From Auanema rhodensis (taxonomy: Eukaryota; Animalia; Nematoda): a DNA stretch of 64,000 nucleotides. Of the stretch, positions 1 through 12,300 are shown piece by piece (the stretch's first letter is position 1; each line of letters starts with the position of its first letter). Location: assembly GCA_964057225.1 (NCBI GenBank), contig OZ059898.1, positions 3,658,001 through 3,722,000 of the forward strand. The letters run 5' to 3'. Position numbers and translations under genes: made by a program. The notes beneath the pieces were generated by a model. That model had not been told where the DNA came from and ran no database searches. It worked only from the letters and a program-made list of their open reading frames with translations.

Positions 1-351
1 GCGCTAGCTTGAAAATGCACCGAGATATCAAATGATATAGGTTCACACTTATATCCTCGATTTTCACCCTGAAGAATTATTTTTTTCGTTGAATAACAAT
101 GTCCATCGTCTTTGTCTTGGAAAAAGGAATCTAAAAACATCTACTTTTTGTGAAATTATTCGGAAATTTTTCGGGAAAATTTTTGTCAAAATGTTTTTGG
201 AAGCAATTTTGAGTGTACATGGAAACTCAACATACAGTAATGCATCATTTTTCAAACGATCATAACTAATTTTTGTATTGAGCTTTTCTCAGTGTAGTAT
301 AGTGCATTCGATGCGGATTTTTAAGCTGCGTCGATCTGTGTTATCAGATTT
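1..351. repeat. Reference monomer (variant A1; phase arbitrary)
   Basis: A1 differs from A2 at monomer positions 120, 131, 151, 152, 160, 161, 203 (CTTGGAAAAAGGAATCT..TGTGAAATTATTCGG..GAAGC vs CTTGAAAAAAGGAATGT..TGCTAAATTATCTGG..GAACC). Hand count G=61, C=54. Confidence 0.97.
10..66. other. Imperfect inverted repeat / hairpin present in every monomer
   Basis: TGAAAAT(10-16)/ATTTTCA(60-66), CGAG(21-24)/CTCG(56-59), GATATARGT(34-42)/ACTTATATC(47-55), 4-nt loop 43-46. Complementarity is seen directly; folding is not shown. Confidence 0.75.
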
Positions 352-3300
352 GCGCTAGCTTGAAAATGCACCGAGATATCAAATGATATAGGTTCACACT
401 TATATCCTCGATTTTCACCCTGAAGAATTAATTTTTTCGTTGAATAACAATGTCCATCGTCTTTGTCTTGAAAAAAGGAATGTAAAAACATCTACTTTTT
501 GCTAAATTATCTGGAAATTTTTCGGGAAAATTTTTGTCAAAATGTTTTTGGAACCAATTTTGAGTGTACATGGAAACTCAACATACAGTAATGCATCATT
601 TTTCAAACGATCATAACTAATTTTTGTATTGAGCTTTTCTCAGTGTAGTATAGTGCATTCGATGCGGATTTTTAAGCTGCGTCGATCTGTGTTATTAGAT
701 TTGGGCTAGCTCGAAAATGCACCGAGATATCAACTGATATAGGTTCACACTTATATCCTCGATTTTCACCCTGAAGAATTAATTTTTTCGTTGAATAACA
801 ATGTCCATCGTCTTTGTCTTGAAAAAAGGAATGTAAAAACATCTACTTTTTGCTAAATTATCTGGAAATTTTTCGGGAAAATTTTTGTCAAAATGTTTTT
901 GGAACCAATTTTGAGTGTACATGGAAACTCAACATACAGTAATGCATCATTTTTCAAACGATCATAACTAATTTTTGTATCGAGCTTTTCTCAATATAGT
1001 ATAGTGCATTCGATGCGGATTTTTAAGCTGCGTCGATCTGTGTTATCAGATTTGCGCTAGCTTGAAAATGCACCGAGATATCAAATGATATAGGTTCACA
1101 CTTATATCCTCGATTTTCACCCTGAAGAATTAATTTTTTCGTTGAATAACAATGTCCATCGTCTTTGTCTTGGAAAAAGGAATCTAAAAACATCTACTTT
1201 TTGTGAAATTATTCGGAAATTTTTCGGGAAAATTTTTGTCAAAATGTTTTTGGAAGCAATTTTGAGTGTACATGGAAACTCAACATACAGTAATGCATCA
1301 TTTTTCAAACGATCATAACTAATTTTTGTATTGAGCTTTTCTCAGTGTAGTATAGTGCATTCGATGCGGATTTTTAAGCTGCGTCGATCTGTGTTATCAG
1401 ATTTGCGCTAGCTTGAAAATGCACCGAGATATCAAATGATATAGGTTCACACTTATATCCTCGATTTTCACCCTGAAGAATTAATTTTTTCGTTGAATAA
1501 CAATGTCCATCGTCTTTGTCTTGAAAAAAGGAATGTAAAAACATCTACTTTTTGCTAAATTATCTGGAAATTTTTCGGGAAAATTTTTGTCAAAATGTTT
1601 TTGGAACCAATTTTGAGTGTACATGGAAACTCAACATACAGTAATGCATCATTTTTCAAACGATCATAACTAATTTTTGTATTGAGCTTTTCTCAGTGTA
1701 GTATAGTGCATTCGATGCGGATTTTTAAGCTGCGTCGATCTGTGTTATTAGATTTGGGCTAGCTCGAAAATGCACCGAGATATCAACTGATATAGGTTCA
1801 CACTTATATCCTCGATTTTCACCCTGAAGAATTAATTTTTTCGTTGAATAACAATGTCCATCGTCTTTGTCTTGAAAAAAGGAATGTAAAAACATCTACT
1901 TTTTGCTAAATTATCTGGAAATTTTTCGGGAAAATTTTTGTCAAAATGTTTTTGGAACCAATTTTGAGTGTACATGGAAACTCAACATACAGTAATGCAT
2001 CATTTTTCAAACGATCATAACTAATTTTTGTATCGAGCTTTTCTCAATATAGTATAGTGCATTCGATGCGGATTTTTAAGCTGCGTCGATCTGTGTTATC
2101 AGATTTGCGCTAGCTTGAAAATGCACCGAGATATCAAATGATATAGGTTCACACTTATATCCTCGATTTTCACCCTGAAGAATTAATTTTTTCGTTGAAT
2201 AACAATGTCCATCGTCTTTGTCTTGGAAAAAGGAATCTAAAAACATCTACTTTTTGTGAAATTATTCGGAAATTTTTCGGGAAAATTTTTGTCAAAATGT
2301 TTTTGGAAGCAATTTTGAGTGTACATGGAAACTCAACATACAGTAATGCATCATTTTTCAAACGATCATAACTAATTTTTGTATTGAGCTTTTCTCAGTG
2401 TAGTATAGTGCATTCGATGCGGATTTTTAAGCTGCGTCGATCTGTGTTATCAGATTTGCGCTAGCTTGAAAATGCACCGAGATATCAAATGATATAGGTT
2501 CACACTTATATCCTCGATTTTCACCCTGAAGAATTAATTTTTTCGTTGAATAACAATGTCCATCGTCTTTGTCTTGAAAAAAGGAATGTAAAAACATCTA
2601 CTTTTTGCTAAATTATCTGGAAATTTTTCGGGAAAATTTTTGTCAAAATGTTTTTGGAACCAATTTTGAGTGTACATGGAAACTCAACATACAGTAATGC
2701 ATCATTTTTCAAACGATCATAACTAATTTTTGTATTGAGCTTTTCTCAGTGTAGTATAGTGCATTCGATGCGGATTTTTAAGCTGCGTCGATCTGTGTTA
2801 TTAGATTTGGGCTAGCTCGAAAATGCACCGAGATATCAACTGATATAGGTTCACACTTATATCCTCGATTTTCACCCTGAAGAATTAATTTTTTCGTTGA
2901 ATAACAATGTCCATCGTCTTTGTCTTGAAAAAAGGAATGTAAAAACATCTACTTTTTGCTAAATTATCTGGAAATTTTTCGGGAAAATTTTTGTCAAAAT
3001 GTTTTTGGAACCAATTTTGAGTGTACATGGAAACTCAACATACAGTAATGCATCATTTTTCAAACGATCATAACTAATTTTTGTATTGAGCTTTTCTCAG
3101 TGTAGTATAGTGCATTCGATGCGGATTTTTAAGCTGCGTCGATCTGTGTTATTAGATTTGGGCTAGCTCGAAAATGCACCGAGATATCAACTGATATAGG
3201 TTCACACTTATATCCTCGATTTTCACCCTGAAGAATTAATTTTTTCGTTGAATAACAATGTCCATCGTCTTTGTCTTGAAAAAAGGAATGTAAAAACATC

Positions 3301-6300
3301 TACTTTTTGCTAAATTATCTGGAAATTTTTCGGGAAAATTTTTGTCAAAATGTTTTTGGAACCAATTTTGAGTGTACATGGAAACTCAACATACAGTAAT
3401 GCATCATTTTTCAAACGATCATAACTAATTTTTGTATTGAGCTTTTCTCAGTGTAGTATAGTGCATTCGATGCGGATTTTTAAGCTGCGTCGATCTGTGT
3501 TATCAGATTTGCGCTAGCTTGAAAATGCACCGAGATATCAAATGATATAGGTTCACACTTATATCCTCGATTTTCACCCTGAAGAATTAATTTTTTCGTT
3601 GAATAACAATGTCCATCGTCTTTGTCTTGAAAAAAGGAATGTAAAAACATCTACTTTTAGCTAAATTATCTGGAAATTTTTCGGGAAAATTTTTGTCAAA
3701 ATGTTTTTGGAACCAATTTTGAGTGTACATGGAAACTCAACATACAGTAATGCATCATTTTTCAAACGATCATAACTAATTTTTGTATTGAGCTTTTCTC
3801 AGTGTAGTATAGTGCATTCGATGCGGATTTTTAAGCTGCGTCGATCTGTGTTATTAGATTTGGGCTAGCTCGAAAATGCACCGAGATATCAACTGATATA
3901 GGTTCACACTTATATCCTCGATTTTCACCCTGAAGAATTAATTTTTTCGTTGAATAACAATGTCCATCGTCTTTGTCTTGAAAAAAGGAATGTAAAAACA
4001 TCTACTTTTTGCTAAATTATCTGGAAATTTTTCGGGAAAATTTTTGTCAAAATGTTTTTGGAACCAATTTTGAGTGTACATGGAAACTCAACATACAGTA
4101 ATGCATCATTTTTCAAACGATCATAACTAATTTTTGTATCGAGCTTTTCTCAATATAGTATAGTGCATTCGATGCGGATTTTTAAGCTGCGTCGATCTGT
4201 GTTATCAGATTTGCGCTAGCTTGAAAATGCACCGAGATATCAAATGATATAGGTTCACACTTATATCCTCGATTTTCACCCTGAAGAATTAATTTTTTCG
4301 TTGAATAACAATGTCCATCGTCTTTGTCTTGGAAAAAGGAATCTAAAAACATCTACTTTTTGTGAAATTATTCGGAAATTTTTCGGGAAAATTTTTGTCA
4401 AAATGTTTTTGGAAGCAATTTTGAGTGTACATGGAAACTCAACATACAGTAATGCATCATTTTTCAAACGATCATAACTAATTTTTGTATTGAGCTTTTC
4501 TCAGTGTAGTATAGTGCATTCGATGCGGATTTTTAAGCTGCGTCGATCTGTGTTATCAGATTTGCGCTAGCTTGAAAATGCACCGAGATATCAAATGATA
4601 TAGGTTCACACTTATATCCTCGATTTTCACCCTGAAGAATTAATTTTTTCGTTGAATAACAATGTCCATCGTCTTTGTCTTGAAAAAAGGAATGTAAAAA
4701 CATCTACTTTTTGCTAAATTATCTGGAAATTTTTCGGGAAAATTTTTGTCAAAATGTTTTTGGAACCAATTTTGAGTGTACATGGAAACTCAACATACAG
4801 TAATGCATCATTTTTCAAACGATCATAACTAATTTTTGTATTGAGCTTTTCTCAGTGTAGTATAGTGCATTCGATGCGGATTTTTAAGCTGCGTCGATCT
4901 GTGTTATTAGATTTGGGCTAGCTCGAAAATGCACCGAGATATCAACTGATATAGGTTCACACTTATATCCTCGATTTTCACCCTGAAGAATTAATTTTTT
5001 CGTTGAATAACAATGTCCATCGTCTTTGTCTTGAAAAAAGGAATGTAAAAACATCTACTTTTTGCTAAATTATCTGGAAATTTTTCGGGAAAATTTTTGT
5101 CAAAATGTTTTTGGAACCAATTTTGAGTGTACATGGAAACTCAACATACAGTAATGCATCATTTTTCAAACGATCATAACTAATTTTTGTATTGAGCTTT
5201 TCTCAGTGTAGTATAGTGCATTCGATGCGGATTTTTAAGCTGCGTCGATCTGTGTTATTAGATTTGGGCTAGCTCGAAAATGCACCGAGATATCAACTGA
5301 TATAGGTTCACACTTATATCCTCGATTTTCACCCTGAAGAATTAATTTTTTCGTTGAATAACAATGTCCATCGTCTTTGTCTTGAAAAAAGGAATGTAAA
5401 AACATCTACTTTTTGCTAAATTATCTGGAAATTTTTCGGGAAAATTTTTGTCAAAATGTTTTTGGAACCAATTTTGAGTGTACATGGAAACTCAACATAC
5501 AGTAATGCATCATTTTTCAAACGATCATAACTAATTTTTGTATTGAGCTTTTCTCAGTGTAGTATAGTGCATTCGATGCGGATTTTTAAGCTGCGTCGAT
5601 CTGTGTTATCAGATTTGCGCTAGCTTGAAAATGCACCGAGATATCAAATGATATAGGTTCACACTTATATCCTCGATTTTCACCCTGAAGAATTAATTTT
5701 TTCGTTGAATAACAATGTCCATCGTCTTTGTCTTGAAAAAAGGAATGTAAAAACATCTACTTTTAGCTAAATTATCTGGAAATTTTTCGGGAAAATTTTT
5801 GTCAAAATGTTTTTGGAACCAATTTTGAGTGTACATGGAAACTCAACATACAGTAATGCATCATTTTTCAAACGATCATAACTAATTTTTGTATTGAGCT
5901 TTTCTCAGTGTAGTATAGTGCATTCGATGCGGATTTTTAAGCTGCGTCGATCTGTGTTATTAGATTTGGGCTAGCTCGAAAATGCACCGAGATATCAACT
6001 GATATAGGTTCACACTTATATCCTCGATTTTCACCCTGAAGAATTAATTTTTTCGTTGAATAACAATGTCCATCGTCTTTGTCTTGAAAAAAGGAATGTA
6101 AAAACATCTACTTTTTGCTAAATTATCTGGAAATTTTTCGGGAAAATTTTTGTCAAAATGTTTTTGGAACCAATTTTGAGTGTACATGGAAACTCAACAT
6201 ACAGTAATGCATCATTTTTCAAACGATCATAACTAATTTTTGTATTGAGCTTTTCTCAGTGTAGTATAGTGCATTCGATGCGGATTTTTAAGCTGCGTCG

Positions 6301-9300
6301 ATCTCTGTTATCAGATTTGCGCTAGCTTGAAAATGCACCGAGATATCAAATGATATAGGTTCACACTTATATCCTCGATTTTCACCCTGAAGAATTAATT
6401 TTTTCGTTGAATAACAATGTCCATCGTCTTTGTCTTGAAAAAAGGAATGTAAAAACATCTACTTTTTGCTAAATTATCTGGAAATTTTTCGGGAAAATTT
6501 TTGTCAAAATGTTTTTGGAACCAATTTTGAGTGTACATGGAAACTCAACATACAGTAATGCATCATTTTTTAAACGATCATAACTAATTTTTGTATTGAG
6601 CTTTTCTCAGTGTAGTATAGTGCATTCGATGCGGATTTTTAAGCTGCGTCGATCTGTGTTATTAGATTTGGGCTAGCTCGAAAATGCACCGAGATATCAA
6701 CTGATATAAGTTTACACTTATATCCTCGATTTTCACCCTAAAGAATTAATTTTTTCGTTGAATAACAATGTCCATCGTCTTTGTCTTGAAAAAAGGAATG
6801 TAAAAACATCTACTTTTTGCTAAATTATCTGGAAATTTTTCGGGAAAATTTTTGTCAAAATGTTTTTGGAACCAATTTTGAGTGTACATGGAAACTCAAC
6901 ATACAGTAATGCATCATTTTTCAAACGATCATAACTAATTTTTGTATTGAGCTTTTCTCAGTGTAGTATAGTGCATTCGATGCGGATTTTTAAGCTGCGT
7001 CGATCTGTGTTATTAGATTTGGGCTAGCTCGAAAATGCACCGAGATATCAACTGATATAGGTTCACACTTATATCCTCGATTTTCACCCTGAAGAATTAA
7101 TTTTTTCGTTGAATAACAATGTCCATCGTCTTTGTCTTGAAAAAAGGAATGTAAAAACATCTACTTTTTGCTAAATTATCTGGAAATTTTTCGGGAAAAT
7201 TTTTGTCAAAATGTTTTTGGAACCAATTTTGAGTGTACATGGAAACTCAACATACAGTAATGCATCATTTTTCAAACGATCATAACTAATTTTTGTATTG
7301 AGCTTTTCTCAGTGTAGTATAGTGCATTCGATGCGGATTTTTAAGCTGCGTCGATCTCTGTTATCAGATTTGCGCTAGCTTGAAAATGCACCGAGATATC
7401 AAATGATATAGGTTCACACTTATATCCTCGATTTTCACCCTGAAGAATTAATTTTTTCGTTGAATAACAATGTCCATCGTCTTTGTCTTGAAAAAAGAAA
7501 TGTAAAAACATCTACTTTTTGCTAAATTATCTGGAAATTTTTCGGGAAAATTTTTGTCAAAATGTTTTTGGAAGCAATTTTGAGTGTACATGGAAACTCA
7601 ACATACAGTAATGCATCATTTTTCAAACGATCATAACTAATTTTTGTATCGAGCTTTTCTCAATATAGTATAGTGCATTCGATGCGGATTTTTAAGCTGC
7701 GTCGATCTCTGTTATCAGATTTGCGCTAGCTTGAAAATGCACCGAGATATCAACTGATATAAGTTTACACTTATATCCTCGATTTTCACCCTGAAGAATT
7801 AATTTTTTCGTTGAATAACAATGTCCATCGTCTTTGTCTTGAAAAAAGGAATGTAAAAACATCTACTTTTTGCTAAATTATCTGGAAATTTTTCGGGAAA
7901 ATTTTTGTCAAAATGTTTTTGGAACCAATTTTGAGTGTACATGGAAACTCAACATACAGTAATGCATCATTTTTTAAACGATCATAACTAATTTTTGTAT
8001 TGAGCTTTTCTCAGTGTAGTATAGTGCATTCGATGCGGATTTTTAAGCTGCGTCGATCTGTGTTATTAGATTTGGGCTAGCTCGAAAATGCACCGAGATA
8101 TCAACTGATATAAGTTTACACTTATATCCTCGATTTTCACCCTAAAGAATTAATTTTTTCGTTGAATAACAATGTCCATCGTCTTTGTCTTGAAAAAAGG
8201 AATGTAAAAACATCTACTTTTTGCTAAATTATCTGGAAATTTTTCGGGAAAATTTTTGTCAAAATGTTTTTGGAACCAATTTTGAGTGTACATGGAAACT
8301 CAACATACAGTAATGCATCATTTTTCAAACGATCATAACTAATTTTTGTATTGAGCTTTTCTCAGTGTAGTATAGTGCATTCGATGCGGATTTTTAAGCT
8401 GCGTCGATCTCTGTTATCAGATTTGCGCTAGCTTGAAAATGCACCGAGATATCAAATGATATAGGTTCACACTTATATCCTCGATTTTCACCCTGAAGAA
8501 TTAATTTTTTCGTTGAATAACAATGTCCATCGTCTTTGTCTTGAAAAAAGGAATGTAAAAACATCTACTTTTTGCTAAATTATCTGGAAATTTTTCGGGA
8601 AAATTTTTGTCAAAATGTTTTTGGAACCAATTTTGAGTGTACATGGAAACTCAACATACAGTAATGCATCATTTTTCAAACGATCATAACTAATTTTTGT
8701 ATTGAGCTTTTCTCAGTGTAGTATAGTGCATTCGATGCGGATTTTTAAGCTGCGTCGATCTGTGTTATTAGATTTGGGCTAGCTCGAAAATGCACCGAGA
8801 TATCAACTGATATAGGTTCACACTTATATCCTCGATTTTCACCCTGAAGAATTAATTTTTTCGTTGAATAACAATGTCCATCGTCTTTGTCTTGGAAAAA
8901 GGAATCTAAAAACATCTACTTTTTGTGAAATTATTCGGAAATTTTTCGGGAAAATTTTTGTCAAAATGTTTTTGGAAGCAATTTTGAGTGTACATGGAAA
9001 CTCAACATACAGTAATGCATCATTTTTCAAACGATCATAACTAATTTTTGTATTGAGCTTTTCTCAGTGTAGTATAGTGCATTCGATGCGGATTTTTAAG
9101 CTGCGTCGATCTCTGTTATCAGATTTGCGCTAGCTTGAAAATGCACCGAGATATCAAATGATATAGGTTCACACTTATATCCTCGATTTTCACCCTGAAG
9201 AATTAATTTTTTCGTTGAATAACAATGTCCATCGTCTTTGTCTTGAAAAAAGGAATGTAAAAACATCTACTTTTTGCTAAATTATCTGGAAATTTTTCGG

Positions 9301-12300
9301 GAAAATTTTTGTCAAAATGTTTTTGGAACCAATTTTGAGTGTACATGGAAACTCAACATACAGTAATGCATCATTTTTCAAACGATCATAACTAATTTTT
9401 GTATTGAGCTTTTCTCAGTGTAGTATAGTGCATTCGATGCGGATTTTTAAGCTGCGTCGATCTGTGTTATTAGATTTGGGCTAGCTCGAAAATGCACCGA
9501 GATATCAACTGATATAGGTTCACACTTATATCCTCGATTTTCACCCTGAAGAATTAATTTTTTCGTTGAATAACAATGTCCATCGTCTTTGTCTTGGAAA
9601 AAGGAATCTAAAAACATCTACTTTTTGTGAAATTATTCGGAAATTTTTCGGGAAAATTTTTGTCAAAATGTTTTTGGAAGCAATTTTGAGTGTACATGGA
9701 AACTCAACATACAGTAATGCATCATTTTTCAAACGATCATAACTAATTTTTGTATTGAGCTTTTCTCAGTGTAGTATAGTGCATTCGATGCGGATTTTTA
9801 AGCTGCGTCGATCTGTGTTATCAGATTTGCGCTAGCTTGAAAATGCACCGAGATATCAAATGATATAGGTTCACACTTATATCCTCGATTTTCACCCTGA
9901 AGAATTAATTTTTTCGTTGAATAACAATGTCCATCGTCTTTGTCTTGAAAAAAGAAATGTAAAAACATCTACTTTTTGCTAAATTATCTGGAAATTTTTC
10001 GGGAAAATTTTTGTCAAAATGTTTTTGGAAGCAATTTTGAGTGTACATGGAAACTCAACATACAGTAATGCATCATTTTTCAAACGATCATAACTAATTT
10101 TTGTATCGAGCTTTTCTCAATATAGTATAGTGCATTCGATGCGGATTTTTAAGCTGCGTCGATCTCTGTTATCAGATTTGCGCTAGCTTGAAAATGCACC
10201 GAGATATCAAATGATATAGGTTCACACTTATATCCTCGATTTTCACCCTGAAGAATTAATTTTTTCGTTGAATAACAATGTCCATCGTCTTTGTCTTGAA
10301 AAAAGGAATGTAAAAACATCTACTTTTTGCTAAATTATCTGGAAATTTTTCGGGAAAATTTTTGTCAAAATGTTTTTGGAACCAATTTTGAGTGTACATG
10401 GAAACTCAACATACAGTAATGCATCATTTTTTAAACGATCATAACTAATTTTTGTATTGAGCTTTTCTCAGTGTAGTATAGTGCATTCGATGCGGATTTT
10501 TAAGCTGCGTCGATCTGTGTTATTAGATTTGGGCTAGCTCGAAAATGCACCGAGATATCAACTGATATAAGTTTACACTTATATCCTCGATTTTCACCCT
10601 AAAGAATTAATTTTTTCGTTGAATAACAATGTCCATCGTCTTTGTCTTGAAAAAAGGAATGTAAAAACATCTACTTTTTGCTAAATTATCTGGAAATTTT
10701 TCGGGAAAATTTTTGTCAAAATGTTTTTGGAACCAATTTTGAGTGTACATGGAAACTCAACATACAGTAATGCATCATTTTTCAAACGATCATAACTAAT
10801 TTTTGTATTGAGCTTTTCTCAGTGTAGTATAGTGCATTCGATGCGGATTTTTAAGCTGCGTCGATCTCTGTTATCAGATTTGCGCTAGCTTGAAAATGCA
10901 CCGAGATATCAAATGATATAGGTTCACACTTATATCCTCGATTTTCACCCTGAAGAATTAATTTTTTCGTTGAATAACAATGTCCATCGTCTTTGTCTTG
11001 AAAAAAGGAATGTAAAAACATCTACTTTTTGCTAAATTATCTGGAAATTTTTCGGGAAAATTTTTGTCAAAATGTTTTTGGAACCAATTTTGAGTGTACA
11101 TGGAAACTCAACATACAGTAATGCATCATTTTTCAAACGATCATAACTAATTTTTGTATTGAGCTTTTCTCAGTGTAGTATAGTGCATTCGATGCGGATT
11201 TTTAAGCTGCGTCGATCTGTGTTATTAGATTTGGGCTAGCTCGAAAATGCACCGAGATATCAACTGATATAGGTTCACACTTATATCCTCGATTTTCACC
11301 CTGAAGAATTAATTTTTTCGTTGAATAACAATGTCCATCGTCTTTGTCTTGGAAAAAGGAATCTAAAAACATCTACTTTTTGTGAAATTATTCGGAAATT
11401 TTTCGGGAAAATTTTTGTCAAAATGTTTTTGGAAGCAATTTTGAGTGTACATGGAAACTCAACATACAGTAATGCATCATTTTTCAAACGATCATAACTA
11501 ATTTTTGTATTGAGCTTTTCTCAGTGTAGTATAGTGCATTCGATGCGGATTTTTAAGCTGCGTCGATCTGTGTTATCAGATTTGCGCTAGCTTGAAAATG
11601 CACCGAGATATCAAATGATATAGGTTCACACTTATATCCTCGATTTTCACCCTGAAGAATTAATTTTTTCGTTGAATAACAATGTCCATCGTCTTTGTCT
11701 TGAAAAAAGGAATGTAAAAACATCTACTTTTTGCTAAATTATCTGGAAATTTTTCGGGAAAATTTTTGTCAAAATGTTTTTGGAACCAATTTTGAGTGTA
11801 CATGGAAACTCAACATACAGTAATGCATCATTTTTCAAACGATCATAACTAATTTTTGTATTGAGCTTTTCTCAGTGTAGTATAGTGCATTCGATGCGGA
11901 TTTTTAAGCTGCGTCGATCTGTGTTATTAGATTTGGGCTAGCTCGAAAATGCACCGAGATATCAACTGATATAGGTTCACACTTATATCCTCGATTTTCA
12001 CCCTGAAGAATTAATTTTTTCGTTGAATAACAATGTCCATCGTCTTTGTCTTGAAAAAAGGAATGTAAAAACATCTACTTTTTGCTAAATTATCTGGAAA
12101 TTTTTCGGGAAAATTTTTGTCAAAATGTTTTTGGAACCAATTTTGAGTGTACATGGAAACTCAACATACAGTAATGCATCATTTTTCAAACGATCATAAC
12201 TAATTTTTGTATTGAGCTTTTCTCAGTGTAGTATAGTGCATTCGATGCGGATTTTTAAGCTGCGTCGATCTCTGTTATCAGATTTGCGCTAGCTTGAAAA

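Noticed and set aside
69-125. Hammerhead ribozyme core (CTGAAGA fits CUGANGA), as in some satellites
   Set aside because: No stem II closing onto a GAAA could be built by eye, and B changes the motif to CTGAAGG. An Infernal/Rfam scan would settle it.
85-175. CENP-B box-like motifs (TTCGTTGAATAACAA; TTCG-N9-CGGG)
   Set aside because: The canonical core is TTCG-N4-A-N2-CGGG. The first motif lacks CGGG and the second has a 9-nt rather than 7-nt spacer.
1-351. Monomer as an ancient dimer of ~175-bp halves
   Set aside because: No convincing similarity between the halves by eye.
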